DNA of 35,270 nt from an uncultured Oscillospiraceae bacterium. GTDB lineage: Bacteria; Bacillota; Clostridia; Oscillospirales; Ruminococcaceae. Where the stretch lies: the NCBI GenBank assembly GCA_964560565.1, contig CAZLMF010000005.1, forward strand, positions 1-35,270, written 5' to 3'. Shown piece by piece: positions 8,750-17,740 of the stretch. Each line of letters opens with the position of its first letter. Position 1 is the stretch's first letter. The notes below the pieces were generated by a model. The model was not told the DNA's origin, did not search any database, and saw only the letters and a list, made by a program, of their open reading frames with translations. A program made the translations under genes and the position numbers.

Positions 8750-8822
8750 AATTTTTAGTAAAACGTTTAATAAATTACGGTATTGTGTATAAACCTTTAA
8801 TTTCTTAAATTACTAATGTCTA

Positions 8823-9569
8823 TTAGTGCTTCTTGCTTGTATATTTAAATTCCCTAGGGGTTTGATTTGTGCATTTCTTGAATACTTGGCTAAAGTAGCG
8901 GTAGTCCTTAAACCCCACCATATATGCAATCTCCGACACCTTCATCGACGTACAGCAAAGCATTTCCTTGGCTTTATCCAGCCGCAGCTTAGTCAAATAA
9001 TCAACAAAGTTTACACCGACACTTTTCTTAAAGCTTGAGCTGAAGTATGTATGGCTAAGGTTAATCTCATCAGCAACGTTTTTAAGGGACATCCACTCTT
9101 GATTGTAGTTTTGGGCTATGTATTCCTTTGCTTTTTCTATTATAGCGTTATCGTCCTTGTAGGAAAACTCCTTGCGCCACTCTATACACTGCTCAAGCAT
9201 ACCAGAAAAAAAGTCAAAGGTCGACATTGAATTCGTAAGCTTTTGCTCAATATCATCCATCTTGCCAAACAGCCTTGTAAACTCCTCAAAAGGCACATTA
9301 AGCTCCTTTGTAAAACTCCTTGCACATATGTAGATATCCATTGTTATGTAAAGTCGCATCATCATTGAGTTAAGTTGAGAATACCCAACCCCTTCAAAAA
9401 AGGACCGCAAAACATCTCGGCATTCCTCCTTTTTGCCACTGCGGAGAAACTGCTCTATCTTGTCCGTATCTATTTTCTGAACATCAAAACTTCTTCCCTC
9501 TTTACTGAACTTTTCCTCATTCAAGGCTTCTTCCGGCACTCGTTTTACTGAATGACCAATATCACGCAT
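8823..9569 (-). CDS. AraC-family transcriptional regulator, YesN-like output module without a receiver domain
   Basis: 248 aa. C-terminal double HTH (SLKNVADEINLSHTYFSSSFKK ... VSEIAYMVGFKDYRYFSQVFKK). The N-terminal half resembles the linker region of YesN-type response regulators, but no REC domain is present. Its own RBS AAGGGGTG lies upstream of the ATG at 9569. Confidence 0.8.
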   Translation of the reverse strand: MRDIGHSVKRVPEEALNEEKFSKEGRSFDVQKIDTDKIEQFLRSGKKEECRDVLRSFFEGVGYSQLNSMMMRLYITMDIYICARSFTKELNVPFEEFTRLFGKMDDIEQKLTNSMSTFDFFSGMLEQCIEWRKEFSYKDDNAIIEKAKEYIAQNYNQEWMSLKNVADEINLSHTYFSSSFKKSVGVNFVDYLTKLRLDKAKEMLCCTSMKVSEIAYMVGFKDYRYFSQVFKKCTNQTPREFKYTSKKH

Positions 9570-9605
9570 CCTCGATCACCCCTTCTCATAACGCCCTTTA
9601 GTCAA

Positions 9606-10697
9606 CTAAACCTTTACTCTTTTCAATGAAGTTGTTGAGCTTCTTACGATAAGCTCCGGCGCAAACACCATATCATTAAGGTTGGTTTTTGGGTTCTCTA
9701 TCATATCTATAAGCTTTCTAGCCGCTTCTTCTCCAAGTTGCTGATGGGGATGGCTGACCGTTGTAAGTGGAACTTCACATACCGATGCAAGCTTTGAGTC
9801 GTCTATCCCCACTACTGATATATCGTCGGGTACTTTTATCCCTTCCCTTTTGCAAAAGTCCATAAGCTTGATTGCAAGGCTGTCATTGTAGCATACAACT
9901 GCAGTACAGCCGTTTAGAAGGGCGTTCACCCTGTTTCTTGACGAGGTGAAAAGCGTCTTTTTCTCGCTAGTGGAAAACCACAATACATTTTGCTCAGAGG
10001 TGAGAATTTTATGCTCCTCATAGCTTTTCATAAAGCCTTGATAGCGCTTATGCCCTTGAATATCATCAAGCAGGAATATCCCTGCTATTTTTTTATGCCC
10101 TAAATCAAACAGGTGGTCTGTAAGCATTTTCCCCGCCGCAACATCATCCATTACAACGCACGGGAAATCCGACCACGGATACTTTGCATTAAAGAATATG
10201 AGGGGTATATTTAGGGATCTGATTTGCTGATAAAGCGCCATATTCGGGTTTGGTAATGCGCTTTTTGACGGCTCAACAATTAATCCTTTAACGTTTTGCG
10301 TGAGCATTGTTTTTAGTGCCTGTGACTCCTCGAAAACCTGATTGTGGGTTATTGAAAGCTGCATACCTACTTTGTTTTCCCTAAGCACCTTTTCAATGCC
10401 CGTCACTATGCTTGGGAAAATGTAATCACTGAAGTATGTGGATATAACACCGATGTTGTAGCTGTTCCTTGCCACGCTGCTCTTTGCAGCTTTTACAAAG
10501 GTACCGCTGCCACGCTTGCGCCATATGATATTCTGACTTTCAAGCAGTGTTAGTGCTTGCCTAACGGTTTGCCTGCTGACATTGTGAATGTCGCAAAGCT
10601 CCTTTTCAGAATAAATTTTATCGCCTGGGGATAGCTTTTCCTCGGCAATATAATTCTTTACCCACTCTGTAATCGTTAGGTATTTAAAGTCGTCCAT
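9606..10697 (-). CDS. AraR-like repressor: GntR-type wHTH fused to a LacI/PBP1 sugar-binding domain
   Basis: The N-terminal EKELCDIHNVSRQTVRQALTLLESQNIIWRKRGSGTFV is a GntR HTH. The rest is LacI-type (NIGVISTYFSDYIF, VVCYNDSLA). The start at ATG 10697 (MDDFKY...) has AGGGGT 7-8 nt upstream. The track's ATG at 10718 lacks an RBS. Confidence 0.8.
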   Translation of the reverse strand: MDDFKYLTITEWVKNYIAEEKLSPGDKIYSEKELCDIHNVSRQTVRQALTLLESQNIIWRKRGSGTFVKAAKSSVARNSYNIGVISTYFSDYIFPSIVTGIEKVLRENKVGMQLSITHNQVFEESQALKTMLTQNVKGLIVEPSKSALPNPNMALYQQIRSLNIPLIFFNAKYPWSDFPCVVMDDVAAGKMLTDHLFDLGHKKIAGIFLLDDIQGHKRYQGFMKSYEEHKILTSEQNVLWFSTSEKKTLFTSSRNRVNALLNGCTAVVCYNDSLAIKLMDFCKREGIKVPDDISVVGIDDSKLASVCEVPLTTVSHPHQQLGEEAARKLIDMIENPKTNLNDMVFAPELIVRSSTTSLKRVKV

Positions 10698-10743
10698 AAC
10701 TATAACCCCTAGTTTCATTAATTTTACTTACTTTATTACTAAA

Positions 10744-10772
10744 ATTGTACTATTAAAACTTCAACTTGTCAA
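10744..10772 (-). promoter_or_regulatory. Promoter of the AraR-like/AraC-like regulator genes
   Basis: On the minus strand, TTGACA (10767-10772), 17 nt, TACAAT (10744-10749). TTGTAC-like half sites overlap both hexamers: TTGTATTGACAA and AGTACAAT on the minus strand. Confidence 0.5.
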
Positions 10773-10857
10773 TACAATTTTAATAATAATTATCAACCTG
10801 TATGGTCAACTATTGGATAAATATCTTTATCTCTATACGCTGGTACTATTATAATGC

Positions 10858-10892
10858 AAAAATGCGCAGCCTTTCGACTGCGCATTTTTTTG
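10858..10892 (-). terminator. Intrinsic terminator after the MCP gene
   Basis: ATGCGCAG (10862-10869) pairs with CTGCGCAT (10878-10885), flanked by A-run and T-run. It lies 20 nt downstream of the MCP stop on the minus strand. Confidence 0.7.
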
Positions 10893-10911
10893 TAGGTTAT
10901 ATATGAGTATA

Positions 10912-12864
10912 TTACTTAACTGTAAATTTACCTGTTTCTTGTTTTAGCATCTGCGCTTGACCTGATAGCTCCTCGCTTGATGCCGCACTTTCCTCTGCTG
11001 TTGCGGAGTTCGTGTGGACAACGGTGGCAATCTGCTCGATACCACTGGAAATCTGCTCTATTGCCCTAGCTTGATCGTCGGAAGCACCCTTAATGCTTTC
11101 AATAACTTCGCTTACCTTTTCGGTCTTTTCACGAACCTGCTCAAGCGCCTCGGCAGTTGCCTTAGCAATTTTTGCACCCTTGTCAACGCTTTTTGTGCTG
11201 TCCTCGATAAGTGTGGTAGTTTGTTTTGCAGCTTCTGCGGACTTGCTTGCAAGGTTGCGAACTTCGTCAGCAACAACGGCAAAGCCCTTGCCTGCCGCAC
11301 CTGCTCTTGCCGCCTCAACAGCAGCGTTAAGTGCAAGTATATTAGTCTGGAATGCAATATCGTCTATTACCTTGATAATATTGCCTATTTCCTGTGAGGA
11401 TTTGTTGATTTCATCCATTGCCACAAGCATTGCTCTCATATGCTCGTTGCTTTTTTCAACGCCCTCGCCCGACTCTCTTATAATATCTGTCGCTTCACTT
11501 ACGTTATTTGCAGTAGCGGTTACCTTATCGGATACCTCAAATATAGATGAGGTCAGCTCCTCTATTGCGCTTGCCTGCTCAGTTGCGCCCTGTGAGAGCG
11601 CCTGTGCGCCAGCTGAAACTTGCTCGGCTCCTGCGTTCACCTGGTCGGCCGAGGTAATAATTGCACCCATGGACTCATTTAGTCCGCTGGATATCGCAAC
11701 AAGTGATTGCTCAATGGATACAAAGTCACCTGCGTAGCTTTGGGTGAACTCTTTGGTTAAGTCGCCGTTTGCAATGGAAGTAAGCTGCTCGGAAATATCG
11801 CTTACATATAGTTTAAGTGTTTGAATTGTAAGTTTAAGGTTATCGGATAGTAACCCGATTTCATCATTGGACTTGTACTCAAAGCTTATGTTTAGATTCC
11901 CCTGTGAAAGTTGACTTGTAGCTTCGCTCATTAGCCCTAATGGCTTGCTTACTATCTTTTTAATGGTAAGCGAGATAACAATTATGGAGATTATTACAAC
12001 CGCAATTGAAATTCCAACAGTAACCAAAAGAGTCTGAATAATTGTTGCCCACATGGTTTGTGTTTCTATACCAACAAAAAATATGCCTATAACCTCATTG
12101 TCGGCATCTAATATCGGCTCATATATGGTGTAGTGTCGAACTCCCTGAATGTCAGCCTCACCATCATAAGTTTTGCCCTCGCCGATAACAATATCAGCAA
12201 TGGAAGCATCAAGCTTTGTCCCAATCTGTCTTTGCCCATCTCTTGTGATGGTGGTGTTAATACGCTCATCGCCTAGAAATATAGTGTACTCGCATTTTGA
12301 AATTTCCTTTAGATCGTCAACAAATCTGGGGTCGTCGAGCTCATAACCTGTGGATATAATGCCTATCCTATTTCCGCTTGCACTATATATAGGTGTAGAT
12401 GTTCTTAGTGAGAGCAAAATCTCCGTTCCCTGCTCGATATATGTACCTGTTTCTCCGCCCATTGCCTTTGCCACATTGTCTTGATACGCAAGGGAATCCC
12501 CTGCCTTATCACTGTGTACTCGTGCAAGGACGGTTCCGCTTGTGTCAAGAATGGTGATAAAATCCATTGTAGCAAACTGACTAGACGCTGCTTTCGCTGC
12601 GGCAATAATTGCTGCCTTATCTCCCTGTTCAACACCTTCTGCCACTGCTCTGTCCGCTGCAATCCCGACAGCCGCCTGATTTGATAATTGCTTATAGTTT
12701 TCTATTGTTGATGTAAGCACACCAAGTCCTTGACTTCCCCTATCTCGTATTAAGTTTGCTATGATTTGGCTTGCTCCGAAATACATTATTCCTAAGACAG
12801 CCCCGACAGCAATCACCATGAAAATAATAACTCTGATTGAAACCTTGTTTCCTACCTTTTTCAT
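10912..12864 (-). CDS. Methyl-accepting chemotaxis protein with extracellular dCache-like sensor, HAMP and MCP signalling domain
   Basis: 650 aa with two TM segments flanking a sensor of about 250 aa. It has a highly conserved signalling hairpin, [51 protein letters not shown]. Confidence 0.92.
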   Translation of the reverse strand: MKKVGNKVSIRVIIFMVIAVGAVLGIMYFGASQIIANLIRDRGSQGLGVLTSTIENYKQLSNQAAVGIAADRAVAEGVEQGDKAAIIAAAKAASSQFATMDFITILDTSGTVLARVHSDKAGDSLAYQDNVAKAMGGETGTYIEQGTEILLSLRTSTPIYSASGNRIGIISTGYELDDPRFVDDLKEISKCEYTIFLGDERINTTITRDGQRQIGTKLDASIADIVIGEGKTYDGEADIQGVRHYTIYEPILDADNEVIGIFFVGIETQTMWATIIQTLLVTVGISIAVVIISIIVISLTIKKIVSKPLGLMSEATSQLSQGNLNISFEYKSNDEIGLLSDNLKLTIQTLKLYVSDISEQLTSIANGDLTKEFTQSYAGDFVSIEQSLVAISSGLNESMGAIITSADQVNAGAEQVSAGAQALSQGATEQASAIEELTSSIFEVSDKVTATANNVSEATDIIRESGEGVEKSNEHMRAMLVAMDEINKSSQEIGNIIKVIDDIAFQTNILALNAAVEAARAGAAGKGFAVVADEVRNLASKSAEAAKQTTTLIEDSTKSVDKGAKIAKATAEALEQVREKTEKVSEVIESIKGASDDQARAIEQISSGIEQIATVVHTNSATAEESAASSEELSGQAQMLKQETGKFTVK

Positions 12865-12947
12865 TTAATACTTCCTTCCTCTTTATGCTAATTTCGCCAA
12901 AACAATCTTTTATTATATTTTCCTCTTGTTCGCACATTGATAACTAT

Positions 12948-12976
12948 ATTATATATCTTTTTTATAGCAAGTTCAA
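12948..12976 (-). promoter_or_regulatory. Promoter of the MCP gene
   Basis: On the minus strand, TTGAAC (12971-12976), 17 nt, TATAAT (12948-12953). Confidence 0.45.
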
Positions 12977-13080
12977 AGGTTTTTGTTTCCAAAATGTTAA
13001 TTACTCGTATTTTTTCTGAAAATAATTTTATATTATATCGACAACTCCACATAAAACTTGAGTGGTTTCTTTATTTACCA

Positions 13081-13110
13081 AAAAATCAGGAGGTTTCCCT
13101 CCTGATTTTG
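13081..13110 (-). terminator. Intrinsic terminator after the PrsA-like gene
   Basis: AAAATCAGGAGG (13082-13093) pairs with CCTCCTGATTTT (13098-13109) around a TTTC loop, giving a perfect 12-bp stem with U-tracts in both orientations. Confidence 0.8.
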
Positions 13111-13129
13111 ATTTGTTTTGTAAGACCGT

Positions 13130-14320
13130 CTACTTTGAAGTTGCTTCTATATCAAGCTTTTTGTAATTAATGTCAATCTTTATTGTCGCCTTAAAAGCTT
13201 GGAACTCTTCTTCGTACTTTGCATCTTTCTTTGTTTTTAGCATTTCCTCGATGATGCTTTCCTTTGCCTCATCAAAAGTCTGTACCACACCCTCCGGAAC
13301 ATCAGCGGAATACATCATTATATGGTATCCATAGTCACCGCCCACAGGCTCGCTTATGTCGCCTATGTTTTCAAGGGCAAGTCCTGCCTCGGTAAATTCG
13401 GTTATCATCTGTTTTCCACCGGGTAGAAGTTGATATTCAAGTCCGCTATCCTCGTTGTGTTCCTTTGCAATTTCGTCAAAGTTTGCGCCTCCCGGCTCAA
13501 GGAGTTCCAGCACCTTATTTGCCTTTTCATCAATGGTTGCAAGGTATTCCGCGCGCTTGGCGTCAGCGCCCTCGTCGTCGCCCTTTGAGCGCAGATTATA
13601 AACCTCTTCCATCTGCTCATCGGAAAGCATAATCAGTATATGCTTAACCTTTCGCACACCAGCGGGAACATAATATGTCTGAGTGTTTCCGTTTGCGGCT
13701 CTTTGGTAGGTAGTCGGATCCTCTTTATATGCCGCTTTTGCATCTGCTATGCGGTCGTTATATTTAATCTCTGCCATATCATCGGTGACAACAACATCGG
13801 TTGTAATAAGCTCATAAAGCTTGTTGCTTCTGTAATAATCCGTTTCCTCTTGAAGCAGACGGTCCTTTGTGTAGCCAATACTTTCTATATAAGCATCAAG
13901 GCGAGTTTGCGCCTCTGTCTTTAGAGCATCCCCTGTTATGGTTTCGTCCTCTTTTGTTATCTCCTCAGTGTAATGTTCAAGCCAGCCTTCTATAAGCTTG
14001 TCAAATGAGGCTTGGACTTCTGCCTCCTGCTCATTGGTAAGGTCATATACTCCCTTTTCCTTAGCAAATTCAAGGGTAACCTTTTGTGCAACCATATAGT
14101 CAATTATTTGCTGTCTAAGCTCTGCGGCTTTCTCACTGCCATCCTCGATTTGCATATAGTCAAGGTAGTATTCATACTCTGAATTAAAGTCGGCAAGAGT
14201 GATTTTCGAGCTCCCCACTGTTGTTATGGTGGTATTCTCCGGTGTCTTTTGGCAAGCGGAAAGCAGCATAACACTTGCTATTACAAGTGAAATAACGCGC
14301 AAAGGCGTTCTTTTTTTCAT
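13130..14320 (-). CDS. PrsA/SurA-like peptidyl-prolyl isomerase lipoprotein (parvulin/PpiC type)
   Basis: 396 aa. Signal peptide with lipobox LSAC. Parvulin motifs VKHILIM and GGDYGYHIMMY. Confidence 0.8.
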   Translation of the reverse strand: MKKRTPLRVISLVIASVMLLSACQKTPENTTITTVGSSKITLADFNSEYEYYLDYMQIEDGSEKAAELRQQIIDYMVAQKVTLEFAKEKGVYDLTNEQEAEVQASFDKLIEGWLEHYTEEITKEDETITGDALKTEAQTRLDAYIESIGYTKDRLLQEETDYYRSNKLYELITTDVVVTDDMAEIKYNDRIADAKAAYKEDPTTYQRAANGNTQTYYVPAGVRKVKHILIMLSDEQMEEVYNLRSKGDDEGADAKRAEYLATIDEKANKVLELLEPGGANFDEIAKEHNEDSGLEYQLLPGGKQMITEFTEAGLALENIGDISEPVGGDYGYHIMMYSADVPEGVVQTFDEAKESIIEEMLKTKKDAKYEEEFQAFKATIKIDINYKKLDIEATSK

Positions 14321-14490
14321 TTTATTCTTCCTTTCAAAAGTAAGGTTTCATGGCTTCGCATGTTTTTACAGAAGTAATTCTACCAAAGTATTGTGATAGA
14401 ATTATGTAAGCCAAGCCAAAGTATTTTTATTCTACCATATCTGATAGAACAATAGCAAGATTTTTTTCATCAGATGCCGTAAACGCTTCC

Positions 14491-14520
14491 TTGACAAAGT
14501 GCTGTACATTATTATATAAT
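14491..14520 (+). promoter_or_regulatory. Near-consensus sigmaA promoter of the ABC-F leader
   Basis: TTGACA (14491-14496), 18 nt, TATAAT (14515-14520). Confidence 0.65.
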
Positions 14521-14549
14521 ATCTGTGATTAAACTAAGGGGTTATTATT

Positions 14550-14597
14550 ATGCTTACAATAAATAATCGTATATTTCTAACAACGCATTTGAGCTGA
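14550..14597 (+). CDS. Candidate 15-aa leader peptide (MLTINNRIFLTTHLS)
   Basis: The ATG at 14550 is preceded by AAGGGG (14536-14541) at 8-nt spacing. It lies between the promoter and an intrinsic terminator, upstream of an ABC-F gene. Confidence 0.35.
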   Translation: MLTINNRIFLTTHLS

Positions 14598-14670
14598 TAC
14601 AGGATAGCTATGCCCTTTTGGGCTTTGCTTGACCTAAAAGCATGTTGTGGAAATTACGGTTTGAGCTTCG

Positions 14671-14698
14671 GACGAGGGCTTAAGCCTTCGTCTTTTTG
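14671..14698 (+). terminator. Leader (attenuator) terminator upstream of the ABC-F gene
   Basis: GACGAGGGC (14671-14679) pairs with GCCTTCGTC (14684-14692), including one G-U pair, around a TTAA loop, followed by TTTTTGTTT. It sits 55 nt before the ABC-F start codon. Confidence 0.6.
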
Positions 14699-14752
14699 TT
14701 TGAGTTTATATGCTTGAACCGTCCGATTAAATTTAAGGAGCTTAATATTAAT

Positions 14753-16309
14753 ATGAGTATTTTAGATGTAAAAAACCTTGTTCATACAGTTGGAGATAAA
14801 AAGCTATTCAATGACGCATCCATGTCCCTTTTCGGCGGCGATAAGCTGGGGCTTACGGGACTAAACGGCGCAGGAAAGTCCACTTTTATAAATATCCTAA
14901 TCGGCGAGATTATCCCCGATAGCGGAATGGTAAAATGGAACCCGAAAAACAAGCTTGGCTACCTTGACCAGCACGCCCGTGTGAAAAATGAGGGTATTAC
15001 AGTACGCAGTCATTTAACCGATGCCTTTTCCCACCTTTTTAAGGTTCAAAAAAAGCTAACTGACATCACAAGCCAAATTGCCGAGAACCTTGACTCCACC
15101 GATTTGGATGTGCTTATGGAGGAAATGGGCGAGCTGCAAATGCAGCTTGAGATTGAGGATTTTTATACCCTTGAAAGCGAGATAGATAAAACCGCCGAGG
15201 GTTTAGGGCTTACCGCCTTTGGGCTTGATACTCCACTTTCCCGCCTAAGCGGCGGTCAGCGTGCAAAGGTCATGCTGGCAAAGCTGCTTTTAGAAGCACC
15301 TGACGTGCTTTTATTGGATGAGCCTACAAACTTCCTAGACAGGGAGCATATCGACTGGCTTGCAAAGTATTTGCAGGGCTTTAAAGGCTCATTTATTGTA
15401 GTATCTCACGATTTTAGCTTTCTTAACCGCATTGTAAACTGTATATGCGATATTGAATTTGGCGCTATTACACGCTATAACGGCACCTATGAAAGCTTTA
15501 TCAACCAAAAGGAACAGCGTCACACTCAGCATATAAAGAACTATGAGTCACAGCAAAAGGAAATTGCAAAGCTTGAGGACTATGTTCAAAGGAATATAGT
15601 GCGTGCCTCCACCTCAAAAATGGCAAAGTCAAGGCGTAAAGCACTAGAGCGCATGGACGTAATTGAAAAGCCGCAGGAATCCCCTAATCCAACTTTTCTG
15701 TTTTCCATGAAGCCTGTTATAGGCAAGACGCTTATGACCACTGAAAATCTTGTTGTGGGCTATACACAGCAGCTTTTGCCGGAGATAGAGTTTTCTATTA
15801 ATGTGGGGCAAAGGCTTGCAATCACAGGCTTCAACGGCATAGGCAAGTCCACACTGCTAAAGACAATCTGCGGCATTATCCCCTGCCTGGGGGGTAAGAT
15901 TTTACTTTCGGATAAAACTGTTATCAGCTATTATGAGCAGGACAACATCTTTAACAACCTTCAGCTTTCCCCAATTGAGGAAATACGGGAGATTTACCCC
16001 CTTATGGAGCAAAAGCTCATTCGCTCAAGCCTTGGCAGATGCGGTTTGCGTGGGGATCAGGCAATGCAATCCCTTTCCACCCTAAGCGGAGGAGAACAAG
16101 CAAAGGTAAAAATCTGCAAGCTTATGCTTTCGCCGTGCAATTTGCTTGTCCTTGACGAGCCAACTAACCACCTTGACACAAAGGCAGTTAACAGGCTAAA
16201 GGTAGCAATGGAGCAGTTTGAGGGGGGAATACTTTTCGTTTCCCATAGCAAGCAATTTGTGGAGGAAGTCGCCACCGACATCCTCGATTTAGAGAAGCTT
16301 TTTGATTAG
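14753..16309 (+). CDS. ABC-F family ATPase (translation factor / ribosome-protection class, YfmM-like size)
   Basis: 518 aa from ATG 14753 (MSILDVKNL...). AAGGAG at 14735-14740. Two ABC cassettes (GLNGAGKST, LSGGQRAKV, LLLDEPTN; GFNGIGKST, LSGGEQAKV, LVLDEPTN) separated by a charged linker, with no TM domain. The track's upstream extension would read through the terminator. Confidence 0.9.
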   Translation: MSILDVKNLVHTVGDKKLFNDASMSLFGGDKLGLTGLNGAGKSTFINILIGEIIPDSGMVKWNPKNKLGYLDQHARVKNEGITVRSHLTDAFSHLFKVQKKLTDITSQIAENLDSTDLDVLMEEMGELQMQLEIEDFYTLESEIDKTAEGLGLTAFGLDTPLSRLSGGQRAKVMLAKLLLEAPDVLLLDEPTNFLDREHIDWLAKYLQGFKGSFIVVSHDFSFLNRIVNCICDIEFGAITRYNGTYESFINQKEQRHTQHIKNYESQQKEIAKLEDYVQRNIVRASTSKMAKSRRKALERMDVIEKPQESPNPTFLFSMKPVIGKTLMTTENLVVGYTQQLLPEIEFSINVGQRLAITGFNGIGKSTLLKTICGIIPCLGGKILLSDKTVISYYEQDNIFNNLQLSPIEEIREIYPLMEQKLIRSSLGRCGLRGDQAMQSLSTLSGGEQAKVKICKLMLSPCNLLVLDEPTNHLDTKAVNRLKVAMEQFEGGILFVSHSKQFVEEVATDILDLEKLFD

Positions 16310-16454
16310 TATTTAACTTTTGTGATAAAACATTTATTATTTCTTCAAAAAGCCTTTTATGTTTTGACAAAATATATTATAATAGTAAATGTAAAAGTAT
16401 GTGCTGTTGAAATTCTCATATGACAGCCAACAAAAATTATAAAGGGGAGATTCC

Positions 16455-16859
16455 ATGAATAAGGTGAAGGTAATGATTTGCGGCAAGGAGTATTCCCTGC
16501 AAACCGACGAAACTCCTGAATACGTTCTTGGGCTGTCTCGTCAGCTCAACAGAAGAATTGATACTCTTGTATCCTCGTCCGACAACATTTCCACAAATGC
16601 AGCAACTGCACTGGTTGCCATTTCCTACATGGACGAGCTTGAAAAGGCGAACGCCAATATTGACAATATCCGCACTCAAATTAAGGATTATGTCGATGAG
16701 GCAGGTCGTGCAAGGCTTGAGCGTGAAGAGGCTCTCAAGCAGGTGGCAGACCTTAAAATCGAAATTGAGTCCCTCAAAAACGACATCAAGCTTTTAAGCC
16801 TGCGAAACGACGCTCAGCGCATTAGCGACAGCAATCAAACCCAAATGGAGCATCTGTAA
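16455..16859 (+). CDS. zapA: Cell division protein ZapA
   Basis: 134 aa. The N-terminal VKVMICGKEYSLQTDETPEYVLGLSRQLNRRID is the ZapA fold signature, and there is a C-terminal coiled coil. RBS AAAGGGGAG. Confidence 0.85.
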   Translation: MNKVKVMICGKEYSLQTDETPEYVLGLSRQLNRRIDTLVSSSDNISTNAATALVAISYMDELEKANANIDNIRTQIKDYVDEAGRARLEREEALKQVADLKIEIESLKNDIKLLSLRNDAQRISDSNQTQMEHL

Positions 16860-17302
16860 TGGCTGTCGTTAAGCTAAAACGCCTTGATAAGCGCGCGAAA
16901 GTGCCAACTAGGGCAACATCAGGCAGTGCGGGCTACGATATATCGGCACTGCTGGATAGTCCCGTCACCATTGCCCCTGGGGAAGTTAGAATGATTCCGA
17001 CAGGGCTTGCAATTGAGCTTGAGGATAATAGCGTTGTGGCGCTTATTTATCCGCGCAGCTCGCTTGCCTCAAAGCATGGTATTACCCTCGCTAACTGTGT
17101 GGGGGTAATTGACAGCGATTATCGGGGTGAGCTTCGAATGCCGGTGATAAATTTAGGCAATGAACCCTATACCATCTCCTTAGGGGAGCGCATTTCTCAG
17201 CTTGTCCTCACTCCTGTGCTGATTCCCGATATTGAGGAAGTTGAGGAGCTTTCCGACTCCGTTAGAGGCACTGGCGGCTTTGGCTCAACAGGCAAGCTGT
17301 AG
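16859..17302 (+). CDS. dut: dUTP diphosphatase
   Basis: 147 aa. Motifs GSAGYDI, PRSS, GVIDSDYRGE and RGTGGFGSTG. The start overlaps the zapA stop (TAATG). Confidence 0.93.
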   Translation: MAVVKLKRLDKRAKVPTRATSGSAGYDISALLDSPVTIAPGEVRMIPTGLAIELEDNSVVALIYPRSSLASKHGITLANCVGVIDSDYRGELRMPVINLGNEPYTISLGERISQLVLTPVLIPDIEEVEELSDSVRGTGGFGSTGKL

Positions 17303-17341
17303 GTGTAATATAACAAACTTAATATGGACAGGAGCACTGAT

Positions 17342-17632
17342 ATGGCATATAAAAGCAATACAGGTTCATGGAAGAAAACTATCGCCTTTATCTTTTTCCT
17401 TTTAGCTGGTATAGCCGTTGGCTCGGCGGTTTCAACCCTTTGTGCGGATGTGAGCTGGCTTGATTGGCTATCCTGGGGGAGGACTATCGGCATTAACACA
17501 AGCGCACCTATGGTACTCGATCTTATTATAGCAAAAATTGCTTTTGGGTTCACTTTCACCATTTCAGTAGCTCAAATTTTCTTTGTAATAATATTCATGC
17601 TGCTGTTTAGCAAGCTTTGCAAGAATATGTAG
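17342..17632 (+). CDS. DUF4321-like small membrane protein
   Basis: 96 aa from ATG 17342, with CAGGAG 7 nt upstream. It has two hydrophobic segments. The position just upstream of mreB and the sequence pattern (LDLIIAKIAFGFTFTISVAQI) match DUF4321 as I recall it. Confidence 0.65.
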   Translation: MAYKSNTGSWKKTIAFIFFLLAGIAVGSAVSTLCADVSWLDWLSWGRTIGINTSAPMVLDLIIAKIAFGFTFTISVAQIFFVIIFMLLFSKLCKNM

Positions 17633-17663
17633 AAAAAGTTTGCAAATTCATTTAAGTTGCTCG

Positions 17664-17692
17664 TTGTTTTACCGTTAAAAAAGTGTTATACT
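17664..17692 (+). promoter_or_regulatory. Candidate promoter of mreB
   Basis: TTGTTT (17664-17669), 17 nt, extended -10 TGtTATACT (17684-17692). It lies inside the track's N-terminal extension of mreB. Confidence 0.4.
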
Positions 17693-17740
17693 ATGAACAA
17701 GGTTCATTCAAATACAGATAAGCAGGAAGGATACAGAAAT

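Noticed and set aside
11093-11737. A 214-aa ORF on the plus strand, plus others at 11014-11397 and 11112-11357, inside the MCP gene
   Set aside because: It is antisense to the most conserved part of a clearly recognisable MCP signalling domain. Its Ala/Ser/Leu-rich low-complexity translation is typical of the reverse frame of coiled-coil genes, and it has no RBS.
13351-13367. CGCTTATGTCGCCTATG, which shares 8-11-mers with the repeated hairpins at 18848 and 22905
   Set aside because: It lies in frame inside the PrsA-like coding region (encoding ...NIGDISE...), lacks the complementary arm, and so cannot form the hairpin. It is most likely chance.
14321-14700. The switch from minus-strand to plus-strand genes, considered as a possible replication origin
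   Set aside because: I saw no TTATCCACA-type DnaA boxes, no dnaA or dnaN nearby, and genes 146-2187 are already on the plus strand. It is an ordinary divergent intergenic region.
14696-14752. The track's upstream extension of the ABC-F ORF
   Set aside because: It would begin inside the U-tract of the leader terminator, with no RBS. The ATG at 14753 gives the family-typical MSIL..KNL N-terminus and has AAGGAG upstream.
17657-17740. The track's upstream extension of mreB
   Set aside because: It overlaps the candidate promoter. The canonical MreB N-terminus ([14 protein letters not shown]) begins at ATG 17741, which has an RBS.
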